Source: an uncultured Thermoleophilaceae bacterium
GTDB lineage: Bacteria; Actinomycetota; Thermoleophilia; Solirubrobacterales; Thermoleophilaceae
NCBI GenBank assembly: GCA_963788595.1
Contig: CAWBHC010000005.1
Coordinates: 138,933 to 202,932, forward strand
Reading direction: 5' to 3'
DNA: 64,000 nucleotides
This document shows, piece by piece, positions 9,381-20,225 of the stretch. The number at the start of each line of letters is the position of its first letter. The stretch's first letter is position 1. The position numbers and the translations under genes are program-made. A model generated the notes under the pieces. The model saw nothing but the letters and a program-made list of their open reading frames with translations, searched no databases and had not been told where the DNA came from.

Positions 9381-9836
9381 TCAGGCCACCGCCGCAGGCA
9401 GCTCCGCCGGGGGCTGCATCCCCGTGGCCACGCCCACCCGATTCCAGGCGTTGATGGCGATGATCGCCCCCATCAGGTTGCCGAGCTCCTCCGGTGAGAA
9501 CTCGCGGGCGGCGTCCTCGTAGACCTCGTCTGGCACGCCGTTCGCCGGCAGCAGGGTCATCGCCTCGGTCAGCGCCAGCGCGGCGCGCTCGCGTGCGTCG
9601 AAGAACGGCGTCTCGCGCCATACCGAGAGGGTCCAGATGCGACGCTCGTCGTCGCCGCCGGCCCGCGCGTCGCGGGAGTGCTGGTCGACGCACCACGCGC
9701 AGCCGTTCAGCTGCGAGGCGCGCAGCCTCACGAGATCGCGCAGGGGTTCGTCGAGGACGACGCTCTCGTCGAGCGCGTCGATTGCGCGGTAGACCTCACG
9801 CGCAGTCTTTGGCATTGGGGTTCGCTCTGTGGACAT
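9381..9836 (-). CDS. Carboxymuconolactone decarboxylase (AhpD-like) family protein
   Basis: 151 aa with LRASQLNGCAWCVDQH (the CxxC motif of AhpD/CMD). Confidence 0.85.
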   Translation of the reverse strand: MSTERTPMPKTAREVYRAIDALDESVVLDEPLRDLVRLRASQLNGCAWCVDQHSRDARAGGDDERRIWTLSVWRETPFFDARERAALALTEAMTLLPANGVPDEVYEDAAREFSPEELGNLMGAIIAINAWNRVGVATGMQPPAELPAAVA

Positions 9837-9865
9837 GTCCTGAATCTTCGCGAAGATGTGTACCA

Positions 9866-11297
9866 GTGAGAAGAGCCAATTCCAACGAGAAATCTTGGTC
9901 CACTTTCGGTCCGGAGCTGCAGCTCGCGCTCGACCCCGGGAGCGGCCGCCGGGACGCGGTCGAGGCCTCGCTGCGCGCGGCGATCCGCGAGGGCCGGCTG
10001 ACCGCGGGCGCCCGCCTGCCCTCGACGCGGGCGCTCGCCGCGGACCTCGGCCTCGCGCGCGGCACGGTCGCCGAGGCCTACGCGCAGCTCCAGGCCGAGG
10101 GCTACCTCACGGCCCGGCGCGGCGGGGGCACCTGGGTGGGCGACGTCAGCGCCCCCGCGGCCCCGGAGCCCCGGCGGATCGGGCCCCACGGGCGCGAACC
10201 GCGCTTCACGTTCCACCCGGGCCTGCCCGACCTCGAGGCCTTTCCGCAGGCGGCCTGGACGAGCGCGCTGCGACGCGGGCTGCGGGCGACACCGGCGACG
10301 AGCCTCGGCTACGGGGATCCGCGCGGGCGCCTCGAGCTGAGGGAGGCTCTCGCGGACTACCTGGCGCGTGTGCGCGGGGTCGTGGTCGAGCCCGGATCTG
10401 ATCGTCGTGTGCGGCGGCTTCCGGCACGGCCTCTCGCTCGTCGCGCGCGTGCTGCGCGCCCGCGGCGCGCGACGGGTGGCGATGGAGGAGCCCGGCCTGA
10501 ACGACCACCACGCCGTCCTGCTGGCCGCGGGCCTCGAGGCGACGCCGCTCCCCGTCGACGAACGCGGTGCCCGCACGGACCTGCTCGCGGACCAGAGCGC
10601 CTCCGCAGCCCTGATCGGGCCCGCCCACCAGTTCCCGAGTGGCGCGCTCCTCCATCCCGAGCGCCGCGCGGCCGCGGTCGCGTGGGCGCGCGCCGCGGGC
10701 GGCCTCGTGATCGAGGACGACTACGACGCCGAGCTGCGCTTCGACCGCCAGCCGATCGGCGCCCTTCAGGCCCTCGACCCCGAGCACGTCGTCTACGGCG
10801 GGACGACGAGCAAGACGCTCGCCCCCGGCCTGCGGCTCGGCTGGCTCGTCCTCCCGGCGGAGCTCGTCGACCCGGTGAGGGCGCTGCGCGAGGTCGAGGA
10901 CCTGCACGTCCCGGCGCCCGAGCAGATCGCCTTCGCCGAGCTGCTCGGCTCCGGCGCCTACGAGCGCCACGTGCGCCGCATGCGTTCGCGCTACCGAGCC
11001 CGCCGCGACCGCGTGGTGGCCCTGCTGAGCGAGCGCGCCCCACGGCTCACGCCGGTCGGCATCTCGGCGGGACTGCGGGTGCTGCTCGAACTGCCCGCCG
11101 GCGCCCCGTCAGGGGAGGAGGTCGCCGAGCGCGCCGCCGCTCGCTCGATCGAGCTCTTCCCGGTGGGCCGCTTCCATCACCACGGCCGGCCCGTGCCGGA
11201 CGGCGTCGTGCTCGGCTACGGCGCCCTCCCGGAACACGCGTTCGAGGCGGGCCTGAAGGCGCTCGGGGAGCTCTTCGCGGAGGCGATCCCGGGCTGA
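9866..11297 (+). CDS. MocR/PdxR-type regulator (GntR wHTH plus class I aminotransferase-like domain). Frame break near 10394.
   Basis: The N-terminus reads LRAAIREGRLTAGARLPSTRALAADLGLARGTVAEAYAQLQAEGYL. The C-terminal ORF reads GPAHQFPSGALL...VIEDDYDAELRF...TTSKTLAPGLRLGW. Divergent from the CMD gene. Confidence 0.8.
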
Positions 11298-11396
11298 GTG
11301 CGAGGGGCGGCCGGATAAGTGCGAATGCGCTGCAAATTGCCGATGTAAGCGGCCTGTCTGAGGGTCATAGTGCTTGTCGTGGAGACGGGAAACCTC

Positions 11397-11835
11397 ATGG
11401 TCGATGCGCAAACCGCGTTCGCGCGCTCGCAATGGCGGCGCCGCCGCGCCAGGGCGGCCGGCTGGCTGCTGCGGCGGCCCCGGGACGCGACGAGGCTCGC
11501 AAGCCTCGACGAGGACCTGGGAGCCGCGCCACCCGCGCGCCGCAGCAACGCCGGCCTGCAGCGCGGTTCCGCTCGAATCGATCGTCGGAACCGCGGAGGC
11601 CTCCAAGGCGCGCAGGTTCGACTCTTCGTTCCGGCCGCCCGCCTCGAGCCGCTTGCGCTGGGAGCGGCTCTGGATGGCGGCCCGCCGCGGCGCGGCGCTC
11701 CCGCCGATCTCCCTCTACAGGCTGGGCGAGCGCCACTACGTGGACGACGGCCACCACCGCGTATCGGTGGCGCACGCGCTCGGCATGGCGGCGATCGACG
11801 CCGAGGTCACCGAGCTCGGCGTCGCGCGGCTGTGA
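11397..11835 (+). CDS. ParB/sulfiredoxin-like domain protein (DGHHR motif). Frame break about 11540-11565.
   Basis: MVDAQTAFARSQWRRRRARAAGWLL..., then AVPLESIVGT...RWERLWMAARRGAALPPISLYRLGERHYVDDGHHRVSVAHALGMAAIDAEVTE. Confidence 0.55.
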
Positions 11836-11842
11836 TCGCCGT

Positions 11843-12856
11843 CTAGCGCGAGAGCACGGCCGGCAACCCGAAGCGCTCGAACAGCCCGGGGGTCCTGAAC
11901 GCCACGACGTCGGCGATCGACTCGCCCCTGAACGTCAGCACGTCGAGGGCGACCGGCAGGTAGCCGCCCTCGCCCGCGTCCCAGCGGTAGGCGGCGAGCG
12001 CCGGCTGGCCGTTCGCGCTCGAGCGCAGGTAGCGCAGTCCGGCGGCCGGGACGCTCGGCATGAGCCACGACGCGGCGATCGCCTGGCGTCCGCGGGCCCA
12101 CTCCGGATACGGAGGCATCGCGAAGGTGGCGTCCTCGGTCAGCATCGAGAGGATCGTGTCGACGTCGCCCCGCTCGAAGGCCTCGCTGAAGCGCTCGACG
12201 AGACTGCGGACGCGCCGGTTGCCGAGCGAGCGCACCGTCGCCTGCTGGCTCTGCTCGGGCAGCCGCTTGTCGACCGTGGCCCGCGCCCGCTGCAGTGAGC
12301 TGTTGACCGACGCGACGGTCGTGTCCATCGTCCCCGCAACCTCGCGCGCGGAGAACCCGAGCACCTCGCGCAGGATCAGCACGGCCCGCTGGCGCGCGGG
12401 CAGGTGCTGAAGGGCGGCGATGAAGGCCAGCTCGACCGACTCGCGCTGCTCGAAGCACGCGTCGGGCGCTGCGTAGCCGTCGTCGATCTCGCCGTCGGGA
12501 TACGGGTCGATCCACGCGCCGTCGGCCGGCGGCTCCGAATTGACCGCCTGATCGCCGTCGATGGGGAGCATGCGCGAAGGCCGGCGCACCAGCGCGTCGA
12601 GGCACACGTTCGTCGCGATCCGGTAGAGCCAGTTCCTGAGCGAGCGCTGACGCGACAGGCGTGGAAGCCCGCGCCAGGCGCGCAGCATCGTCTCCTGGAG
12701 CGCGTCCTCGGCGTCGTGCAGCGAGCCGAGCATGCGGTAGCAGTGCGCGTGGAGCTCGGCGCCGTGGCGCTCGACGAGGCCGCGGTAGGCGTCCGGGTCC
12801 CCCTCGCGCGCCGCCTCGAAGAGGTCCTGGTCGGTCACCGGTGGGGGTCCCATCAT
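11843..12856 (-). CDS. ECF-type sigma-70 factor with C-terminal NTF2/SnoaL-like extension (ECF41/SigJ-like)
   Basis: Region 2 is LHAHCYRMLGSLHDAEDALQETMLRAWRG. Region 4 is LPARQRAVLILREVLGFSAREVAGTMDTTVASVNSSLQRAR. About 130 further aa resemble the NTF2 fold. Confidence 0.8.
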   Translation of the reverse strand: MMGPPPVTDQDLFEAAREGDPDAYRGLVERHGAELHAHCYRMLGSLHDAEDALQETMLRAWRGLPRLSRQRSLRNWLYRIATNVCLDALVRRPSRMLPIDGDQAVNSEPPADGAWIDPYPDGEIDDGYAAPDACFEQRESVELAFIAALQHLPARQRAVLILREVLGFSAREVAGTMDTTVASVNSSLQRARATVDKRLPEQSQQATVRSLGNRRVRSLVERFSEAFERGDVDTILSMLTEDATFAMPPYPEWARGRQAIAASWLMPSVPAAGLRYLRSSANGQPALAAYRWDAGEGGYLPVALDVLTFRGESIADVVAFRTPGLFERFGLPAVLSR

Positions 12857-12944
12857 CCAAGAAGGTAGACCGGCCGGGCGGCTCGAACTCATCGGTCGGA
12901 TCCGATGAGTTGGCGGGGCCCGCCGGAGTCTGAAGCGGGTAGAG

Positions 12945-13329
12945 ATGATCAGCGGGATCAGCAAGATCGTCGTCCCGGTGCACGATCAGGCGCGCGCCAA
13001 GGACTTCTGGACCACGCGGCTCGGCTTCGACGTCGTGACCGACGAGAGCTACGGGGACGAGCGCTGGATCGAGGTGAGCCCTCCCTCGGGCTCGCCCGTG
13101 CTCGTGCTGAGCCCGCGCGCGGAAGCCGAGCCGCGGCGCGATGTGCCCGACCAGCTGCCTCACTCCCCCGTCTTCTTCACCTGCGACGACCTCGAGGCAG
13201 ACCCACCGCGAGCTCGCCGGGCGCGGGGTGCGCTTCCCGGTCCCACCGGCCCGGATGCAGTTCGGCTGGTGGTCGCTCTTCGAGGACGACGAGGGAACGC
13301 GTTACGCGCTCGGGCAGTGGGAGTCGTGA
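12945..13329 (+). CDS. VOC/glyoxalase family protein. Frame break near 13196-13200.
   Basis: MISGISKIVVPVHDQARAKDFWTTRLGFDVVTDESYGDERWIEV..., then HRELAGRGVRFPVPPARMQFGWWSLFEDDEGTRYALGQ. Confidence 0.7.
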
Positions 13330-13381
13330 GCGAGCGCAGCGGATTCGGCGCGGTGTTCTCGGTCAGCACGGAGCCCGGCAC

Positions 13382-14731
13382 TTGACCGCGGGCGAACTGC
13401 TCATTCCCCGTTCGCCCGGTTACGAGGAGGCGCGCAGACCGGCGATCGCGCGCTTTCACGACATCGAGCCGCGGGCGCTGGCGCGCTGCCGCACGGACGA
13501 GGACGTCGTCGCAGCGCTCGGCTTCGCCCGCTCGCGCGACGTTCATGTGGCGCTGCGGAGCGGCGGCCACTGCTTCGCCGGCCGCTCGTCGACCGACGGG
13601 ATCGTCATCGACGTCTCCCCCATGCGCTCGGTATCCATCCACGACGGCGTCGCCACGGTGGGTGCGGGCGCGCGGCTCGCGGACGTGTACGACGCACTCG
13701 CCCGCAACGGCCTCACGATCGCCGCCGGCTGCGGACCCGAGGTGGGCATCGCCGGCCTGACGCTCGGTGGCGGCCTCGGGATCCTCGGGCGCCTCCAGGG
13801 GCTCACGGCGGACCAGTTGCTCGGGGCGCGCGTCGTCCTCGCCGATGAACGCGTGGTCGAGGCGAGCGAGCGGAGCGAGCCGGACCTCTTCTGGGCCCTG
13901 CGGGGCGCCGGCGGCGGGCAGTTCGGCGTCGTGACCTCGCTCCGCTTCCGTACGCTGCGCGCGCCCGAGATTTCCACGAGCCTCCGACTCACGTGGCCGG
14001 TCGAGCACGCCGCCGCCGTTATGGGCGTGTGGCAGGACTGGGGCCCTGACGCCCCCGATTCGATGGCCGCGAGCCTGCTGCTCAACGCTCCGGCAGATCC
14101 GGCACGGCCGCCCGCCGTCAACGTCTTCGGCGCGATGATCGGCCCCGCGGCCGTGGCCGCCTCCCTACTCGACGAGTTCGTCGAGCGGATCGGGGTGCCG
14201 CCGGCCTCGTCCGAGCTGGTGGAGGCGCCCTACCGCGACACCAAGCGCCGGCTCGCCGAGCACGGTCCTGGTGACGAGGTCCCCGCCGGCCATCCGTATT
14301 GCCGGTCGGAGTTCTTCCGCGGCCCGCTGCCGCCGGAGACAATCGCGCGGCTCGTCGAGCGGCTCGTGTCGGAGCGCCGCGCTGGCGAGTCGCGCGAGCT
14401 CGACTTCAGCCCGTGGGGCGGGGCCTACAACCGGGTCGCGGCGGACGCCACCGCCTTCCCTCACCGCGATGCGCGCTTCCTGCTCAAGTTCGGCGTCGTG
14501 CTCGCACCCGGCGCGGACCGCCGCGCCGCGACCCGTTGGCTCGGGCGCGCCTGGGAGACGGCGCATCCGCATGGCACGGGCGGGGCCTACGTGAACTTCC
14601 CGGACCCCGAGCTCGAGGACTCGGCACGGGCCTACCACGGCGGGAACCTCCCCCGCCTCGAGCGCGTCAAGGCCGCCTACGACCCGGACCGGCTCTTCCG
14701 CTTTCCGCAGGCGCTCGGCGCGCCGCGCTAG
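13382..14731 (+). CDS. FAD-binding (PCMH-type) oxidoreductase with BBE-like C-terminus
   Basis: VALRSGGHCFAGRSSTDGIVID...GLTLGGGLGILGR...LFWALRGAGGGQFGVVT...YVNFPD...NLPRLERVKAAYDPDRLF. The TTG start is inferred. Confidence 0.8.
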   Translation: MTAGELLIPRSPGYEEARRPAIARFHDIEPRALARCRTDEDVVAALGFARSRDVHVALRSGGHCFAGRSSTDGIVIDVSPMRSVSIHDGVATVGAGARLADVYDALARNGLTIAAGCGPEVGIAGLTLGGGLGILGRLQGLTADQLLGARVVLADERVVEASERSEPDLFWALRGAGGGQFGVVTSLRFRTLRAPEISTSLRLTWPVEHAAAVMGVWQDWGPDAPDSMAASLLLNAPADPARPPAVNVFGAMIGPAAVAASLLDEFVERIGVPPASSELVEAPYRDTKRRLAEHGPGDEVPAGHPYCRSEFFRGPLPPETIARLVERLVSERRAGESRELDFSPWGGAYNRVAADATAFPHRDARFLLKFGVVLAPGADRRAATRWLGRAWETAHPHGTGGAYVNFPDPELEDSARAYHGGNLPRLERVKAAYDPDRLFRFPQALGAPR

Positions 14732-15834
<1,103 letters not shown>

Positions 15835-15839
15835 CAGCC

Positions 15840-18023
15840 TCAGGCGAGGACCTTGGCGCGCTCGGCGACGCTCGGCTCGCGCTCGTCGAGCCCCTCGACC
15901 AGATGCCCCTCGAGCGACACGTCCGGGAGCAGCCGGTCGAGCCAGCCCGGCAGCCACCACGCGTGGTCGCCGAGCAGCGTCACCACCGCCGGAGCGATCA
16001 CCAGCCGCACGATCAGCACGTCGATCAGGATGGCGAGGCCGAGCCCGAGGCCGAACATCTTCGCGATCACGTCCGGCTGGGTGACGAAGGCGAGGAACAC
16101 CGCGGACATGATCAGGCCCGCGAACAGCACGATCTTGCCGATGCGCGCCATGCCCGTGACAACGCTCTGGCGCGGCCGCTCGCCGTGGTTGTAGGCCTCG
16201 TGCATCCGCGACAGCAGGAACACGTTGTAGTCCATGCTCAGGCCGAACAGGATCGCGAACAGCATCACCGGGACGAACGACATGATCGGCACCCCGCTGT
16301 CCACGCCGATCAGGCTCGCGCCCACCCCCTCCTGGAAGACCGCCACGACGACGCCGTAGGCGGCGCCGATCGAGAGCAGGTTGAAGACCGCGGAGGCGAG
16401 CGGGATCCAGAGCGAGCGGAACGCGGCGGTCAGCAGCAGGACCGAGAGGCCGATGACGACGGCGATGAAGAGCGGCAGGCGCGCGGACACCTTGTCCGAG
16501 AAGTCCTCGAAGCCCGCGGTGTTGCCGCCGACGTACACCTCGAGCGGCGTGCCCTCCACGGCTCCGGGGATGACGTCGTCGCGTAGCCGCTCGAGCAGGT
16601 CGCTCGTGCGCTCGTCCTGAGGTGCGGTGGTGGGGACGGCGAAGATCGTGGCCATCTCACCGTCCTCCGAGGGCTGCGGCTGCGCGACCGCAGCGACTCC
16701 CGGGGTGTCGGCCACAGCCCTGCGCAGGGAGGCGAGCTGCTGCGTCGTGTCCGGGTCGTCCACCGGGGTGTCGACGGCAAGCAGGAAGGGCCCGTTGGAG
16801 CCCGGCCCGAAGGCCTCGCTCAGCTCGTCGTAGGCCACGCGCTGGGTCTTCCCCTCGGGCTGGTTGCCGTCGTCGGGCTGGCCGAGCCGCATCTGCGTGA
16901 GCGGCACCGCGAACACGAGCAGGACGAGCACCCCGGCGACGATCGAGACCCACGGCCGCGCCGTCACGCGCTCGCCCCAGCGGCCGAACGCCCGCGAGGG
17001 CTCGACGTGCTCGGGCTTCTTCGGCTTCAGCCAGCGCGCGAGCGCGCCCATCATGATCGGCAGGATCGTGAGCGCCGATATGACGACGGCTCCCACGCCG
17101 ATCGCCGCGCCGATCCCGAGCTTGCCGATCAGCGGGATGCCGATCACGAGCAGCCCCGCGATCGCGACCATCACGATCAGCCCGGCGGCCACCACCGACG
17201 CGCCCGAGGTGGCGGCGGACTTGGCGGCCGCGTCGCGCGTGCTGTCGCCCTCGGCGACCTGTTCTCGGTAGCGCCCGATGATGAGCAGCGAATAGTCGAT
17301 GCCGGCGCCGAGGCCGAGCATCATGGCGATGACCGTCGCGAACGACGGGAGCCCGAGCGGCTGGGCGAGCGCTGCCAGCAGGATCTGCCCGGCCATCACG
17401 CCGATCAGCGCGCCGACGATGGTCGCCGCCATCGCCGCCGCGGAGCGGAACAGGAGCGAGAGCAGCACGATTGCGACCGCCACGCCGATCAGCTCGCCCA
17501 CGGGCGCGTCCTGCTCCGAGGCGAGGTCGATCAGGACCCCGCGCGCGGCGACGTCGACGCCGCCCTCCTCGGCCGTCCGGGCGGCCGCCTCGAGCTGCTC
17601 GCCGTCCTCCTTGTCGAGGTCGGTCTGCTCGACGTCGTAGCGCACGTCGACGGCCGCGATGCGGCCGTCCTCGGAGATCCGGCCCGTCTGCCCGAACGGG
17701 TCCTCGACCTGCTCGACGTGATCGAGGCCCCGGACCTCGTCGAGCGCGTCCTCGACGGCGGCCTTGTTCTGCGGGTCGGTGATGCTCCCGTCCTCGACGC
17801 TGAACACGAGCGTCGAGTCGGCACCGGCGAACGCCGGGCTGTGCGCCTTGAAGAGGTCGAGCGCCTGCTGCGACTCGGTGCCGGGGATCGAGAAGTCGTC
17901 CGCGGCCTCACCGCCGGCGCCGGCGGCGGCCCCGAGCAGGACGATCACGACGATTGCGGCCGCAAGGCTGCGCTTCCAGTGTTGTGCGAGCGTCCGGGCG
18001 AGACGCGCGAGCAGCAGTGACAT
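15840..18023 (-). CDS. MMPL family (RND superfamily) transporter
   Basis: Intact 727-aa ORF with two 6-TM bundles and two periplasmic-type loops. The N-terminus FSIPGTESQQALDLF is typical of MMPL. Confidence 0.9.
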   Translation of the reverse strand: MSLLLARLARTLAQHWKRSLAAAIVVIVLLGAAAGAGGEAADDFSIPGTESQQALDLFKAHSPAFAGADSTLVFSVEDGSITDPQNKAAVEDALDEVRGLDHVEQVEDPFGQTGRISEDGRIAAVDVRYDVEQTDLDKEDGEQLEAAARTAEEGGVDVAARGVLIDLASEQDAPVGELIGVAVAIVLLSLLFRSAAAMAATIVGALIGVMAGQILLAALAQPLGLPSFATVIAMMLGLGAGIDYSLLIIGRYREQVAEGDSTRDAAAKSAATSGASVVAAGLIVMVAIAGLLVIGIPLIGKLGIGAAIGVGAVVISALTILPIMMGALARWLKPKKPEHVEPSRAFGRWGERVTARPWVSIVAGVLVLLVFAVPLTQMRLGQPDDGNQPEGKTQRVAYDELSEAFGPGSNGPFLLAVDTPVDDPDTTQQLASLRRAVADTPGVAAVAQPQPSEDGEMATIFAVPTTAPQDERTSDLLERLRDDVIPGAVEGTPLEVYVGGNTAGFEDFSDKVSARLPLFIAVVIGLSVLLLTAAFRSLWIPLASAVFNLLSIGAAYGVVVAVFQEGVGASLIGVDSGVPIMSFVPVMLFAILFGLSMDYNVFLLSRMHEAYNHGERPRQSVVTGMARIGKIVLFAGLIMSAVFLAFVTQPDVIAKMFGLGLGLAILIDVLIVRLVIAPAVVTLLGDHAWWLPGWLDRLLPDVSLEGHLVEGLDEREPSVAERAKVLA

Positions 18024-18085
18024 TCGTGCTCTTGGAGGGTCGAGGGCGGGGCGCGGCCAAAGCTAGCAAGCGCTTTCGGCCGTTC

Positions 18086-18436
18086 TCAGCGGCTCCCCGT
18101 GATCTCCTCCCTGCGGGCGCGCACGAGGTCCGTCAGGACGTCGTCCGGCACCGGATTCTCCGGCGAGAAGCGGATCGTCCCCTTGGCGAGGTCGAAGCCG
18201 GCGAGCCGGTCCCGGACCGTCTCGATGGCGGCGGGGCTGAAGGGAAAGACGCTCAGGTGCCTCTTCGCGGCCCTGAACCCGAGCAGCGGCCGCCCGTCGA
18301 GGATGAAGGCCGGCACGCCGTAGCTCTTGCCCTCCTCGGCGTCGGGCGCTTCACGGCCGGCGACGGTGCGCAGGTGGTCGAGCGCGGCCTTCTGGTCCGG
18401 CGGCAGCTCGTCGAGATAGTCGTCCATCGCGGACAT
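18086..18436 (-). CDS. DUF1801 (YdhG-like) domain protein
   Basis: 116 aa: MDDYLDELPPDQKAALDHLR...GKSYGVPAFILDGRPLLGFRAAKRHLSVFPFS. Confidence 0.7.
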   Translation of the reverse strand: MSAMDDYLDELPPDQKAALDHLRTVAGREAPDAEEGKSYGVPAFILDGRPLLGFRAAKRHLSVFPFSPAAIETVRDRLAGFDLAKGTIRFSPENPVPDDVLTDLVRARREEITGSR

Positions 18437-18472
18437 GCGCAGGGATCATCACAAAGCTCGACAATCTCCCCC

Positions 18473-18874
18473 ATGCCGGACGACGACTTCGAGGTCGTGC
18501 GCCGCGCCTGGGCGGCCGCCAGCCGTGCCGACGAGGACGCCATGGTGCGGGAGTACCACCCCGAGATCGTGGCGGTGCCGTTCGGTGCCGCCATGGAGGG
18601 CAAGGCCTACCGTGGCCCCGATGAGGTCATGGGCTGGTGGCGCGACGAGATCCTGGTCAGCTGGGAGTTCTTCCAAGTGCTCCCCGAGATCTTTCAGCGC
18701 GTGGGCGACAAGCTCCTCGTGACCGGCCGCTGGAACGCCCGTGGGCGCGAGAGCGGAGTCGAGCTCGACATCCCGGCCAGCTGGATCATCCAGGTGCGCG
18801 ACGGCAAGATCGCCTACTGGCAGACGTACACCGACCACGCCCAGGCGCGGCGCGACGCCGGGCTCGAGGACTGA
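18473..18874 (+). CDS. SnoaL-like/NTF2 family protein
   Basis: 133 aa: MPDDDFEVVRRAWAAASRADEDAMVREYHPEIV...WIIQVRDGKIAYWQTYTDHAQA. Confidence 0.65.
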   Translation: MPDDDFEVVRRAWAAASRADEDAMVREYHPEIVAVPFGAAMEGKAYRGPDEVMGWWRDEILVSWEFFQVLPEIFQRVGDKLLVTGRWNARGRESGVELDIPASWIIQVRDGKIAYWQTYTDHAQARRDAGLED

Positions 18875-18921
18875 CCGTGAGGGCGGCGGGCAGCCGGTAG
18901 ACACTCGGCCGGTCGCGGGCT

Positions 18922-18933
18922 AGATTCGAATCT
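18922..18933. promoter_or_regulatory. Perfect 12-bp AT-rich palindrome AGATTCGAATCT (candidate operator)
   Basis: Seen directly, in the intergenic region upstream of the flavoprotein/mini-MCO pair. Confidence 0.25.
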
Positions 18934-19076
18934 GCAAGAAAGCGGGGCCTCGACGGGAGCCGCCGCTGCCACCGCGGGCGCCGGATGTGCCTGTCGCCGC
19001 GGTCGGTTTCTCCACATGCACTTGTAAAAGGACGGCGCCCCCGTGGCGCCGTAGCCAGACGACAGGAGAAGCACAG

Positions 19077-20204
19077 ATGGAAATGGCCGAAGGTGGCCAG
19101 AGCTCGACCGGTCACACCGTTACCGAGCGCCGTGAGGTGGTAGTCGTCGGCGGAGGCCAGGCCGGCTTGGCGGTCGGCTACTTCCTCGCCCAGCAGGGAC
19201 GCGACTTCACGATCCTCGAAGCAGCGGAGGAGCCGGCGGCCGCATGGCGTGCGCGCTGGGACTCGCTCGAGCTGTTCACGCCGACCCGCTATGACTCCCT
19301 CCCGGGCCTCGCCTTTCCGGGCGAGCCGGACCGCTACCCGGCCCGGGACGAGGTCGTGGCCTACCTGACCGGCTACGCCAGTCGCTTCGACCTGCCCGTC
19401 GAACTGGGCAGCCCCGTGCGCACGATCAAGAGGACGAACGGCGCCTACCTGGTGGAGCTGGATGACCGGTCGATCGAGGCCGACCAGGTCGTCGTGGCCA
19501 CCGGTCCGTTTCAGGTGCCCCGCGTGCCCGCGTTCGCCGAGCGGCTCGATTCAGACGTGGCGCAGCTCCACAGCAGCTCGTACCGGGCGCCGGCGGCAGT
19601 ACCGGAGGGGCGTGTGCTCGTGGTGGGCGGCGGCAACACCGGCTTCCAGATCGCCGAGGAGCTCTCCGGGTCGCGCGAGGTGCACCTGTCGATCGGATCT
19701 CGGCAGACGCCCCTCCCCCAGCGCATCCTGGGCCGTGACCTGTTCTGGTACCTCGAGGCGACCGGGCTGATCTACAAGACGACGGCGTCGCGCATCGGCC
19801 GCCGGGCCGCCGGCCGGGACACGCTCATCGGATCCAGCCCTCGGTCGCTGCGGCGCAGGCACGGGGTCGCGATGCATGGGCGGGCGGTCGATGCCGCGCG
19901 CACGCGGGTGAGCTTCGGCGACGGCACGGACCTGGAGGTTCGGAGCGTGATCTGGGCAACCGGGTTCGGAGTCGATCACTCGTGGATCGACGTCCCGGTC
20001 TTCGACGGGAACGGCCGCCTCGTGCATCAGCGGGGCGTGACCGACTCGCCCGGCCTGTATTTCCTCGGCCTGACCTGGCAGCACACCAGGGGCTCGGCCC
20101 TCCTGGGGTGGGTACGGGACGACGCCGAGTACATCGCGCAGCAGATCAGCGCCGCCCGGCGCCCCGCACCGACGGAGTCGCGGGCTTCCGAGCGGCTCGC
20201 ATAG
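19077..20204 (+). CDS. FAD/NAD(P)-dependent oxidoreductase, flavin-monooxygenase-like (CzcO-type)
   Basis: AGGAGA RBS at 19065-19070. Two dinucleotide motifs are present: VVVVGGGQAGLAVG and VLVVGGGNTGFQIA. The ATGF motif is also present. Confidence 0.8.
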   Translation: MEMAEGGQSSTGHTVTERREVVVVGGGQAGLAVGYFLAQQGRDFTILEAAEEPAAAWRARWDSLELFTPTRYDSLPGLAFPGEPDRYPARDEVVAYLTGYASRFDLPVELGSPVRTIKRTNGAYLVELDDRSIEADQVVVATGPFQVPRVPAFAERLDSDVAQLHSSSYRAPAAVPEGRVLVVGGGNTGFQIAEELSGSREVHLSIGSRQTPLPQRILGRDLFWYLEATGLIYKTTASRIGRRAAGRDTLIGSSPRSLRRRHGVAMHGRAVDAARTRVSFGDGTDLEVRSVIWATGFGVDHSWIDVPVFDGNGRLVHQRGVTDSPGLYFLGLTWQHTRGSALLGWVRDDAEYIAQQISAARRPAPTESRASERLA

Positions 20205-20225
20205 ACAGGAAGGACGGAATCGGAC

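Noticed and set aside
9494-12298. 934-aa plus-strand ORF spanning several genes
   Set aside because: Its composition is Arg/Ala/Pro/Gly-rich and low in complexity. It crosses genes that are confidently called in other frames and strands (CMD, MocR, ParB-like, ECF sigma). This is the typical stop-codon-poor artefact of very high-G+C DNA.
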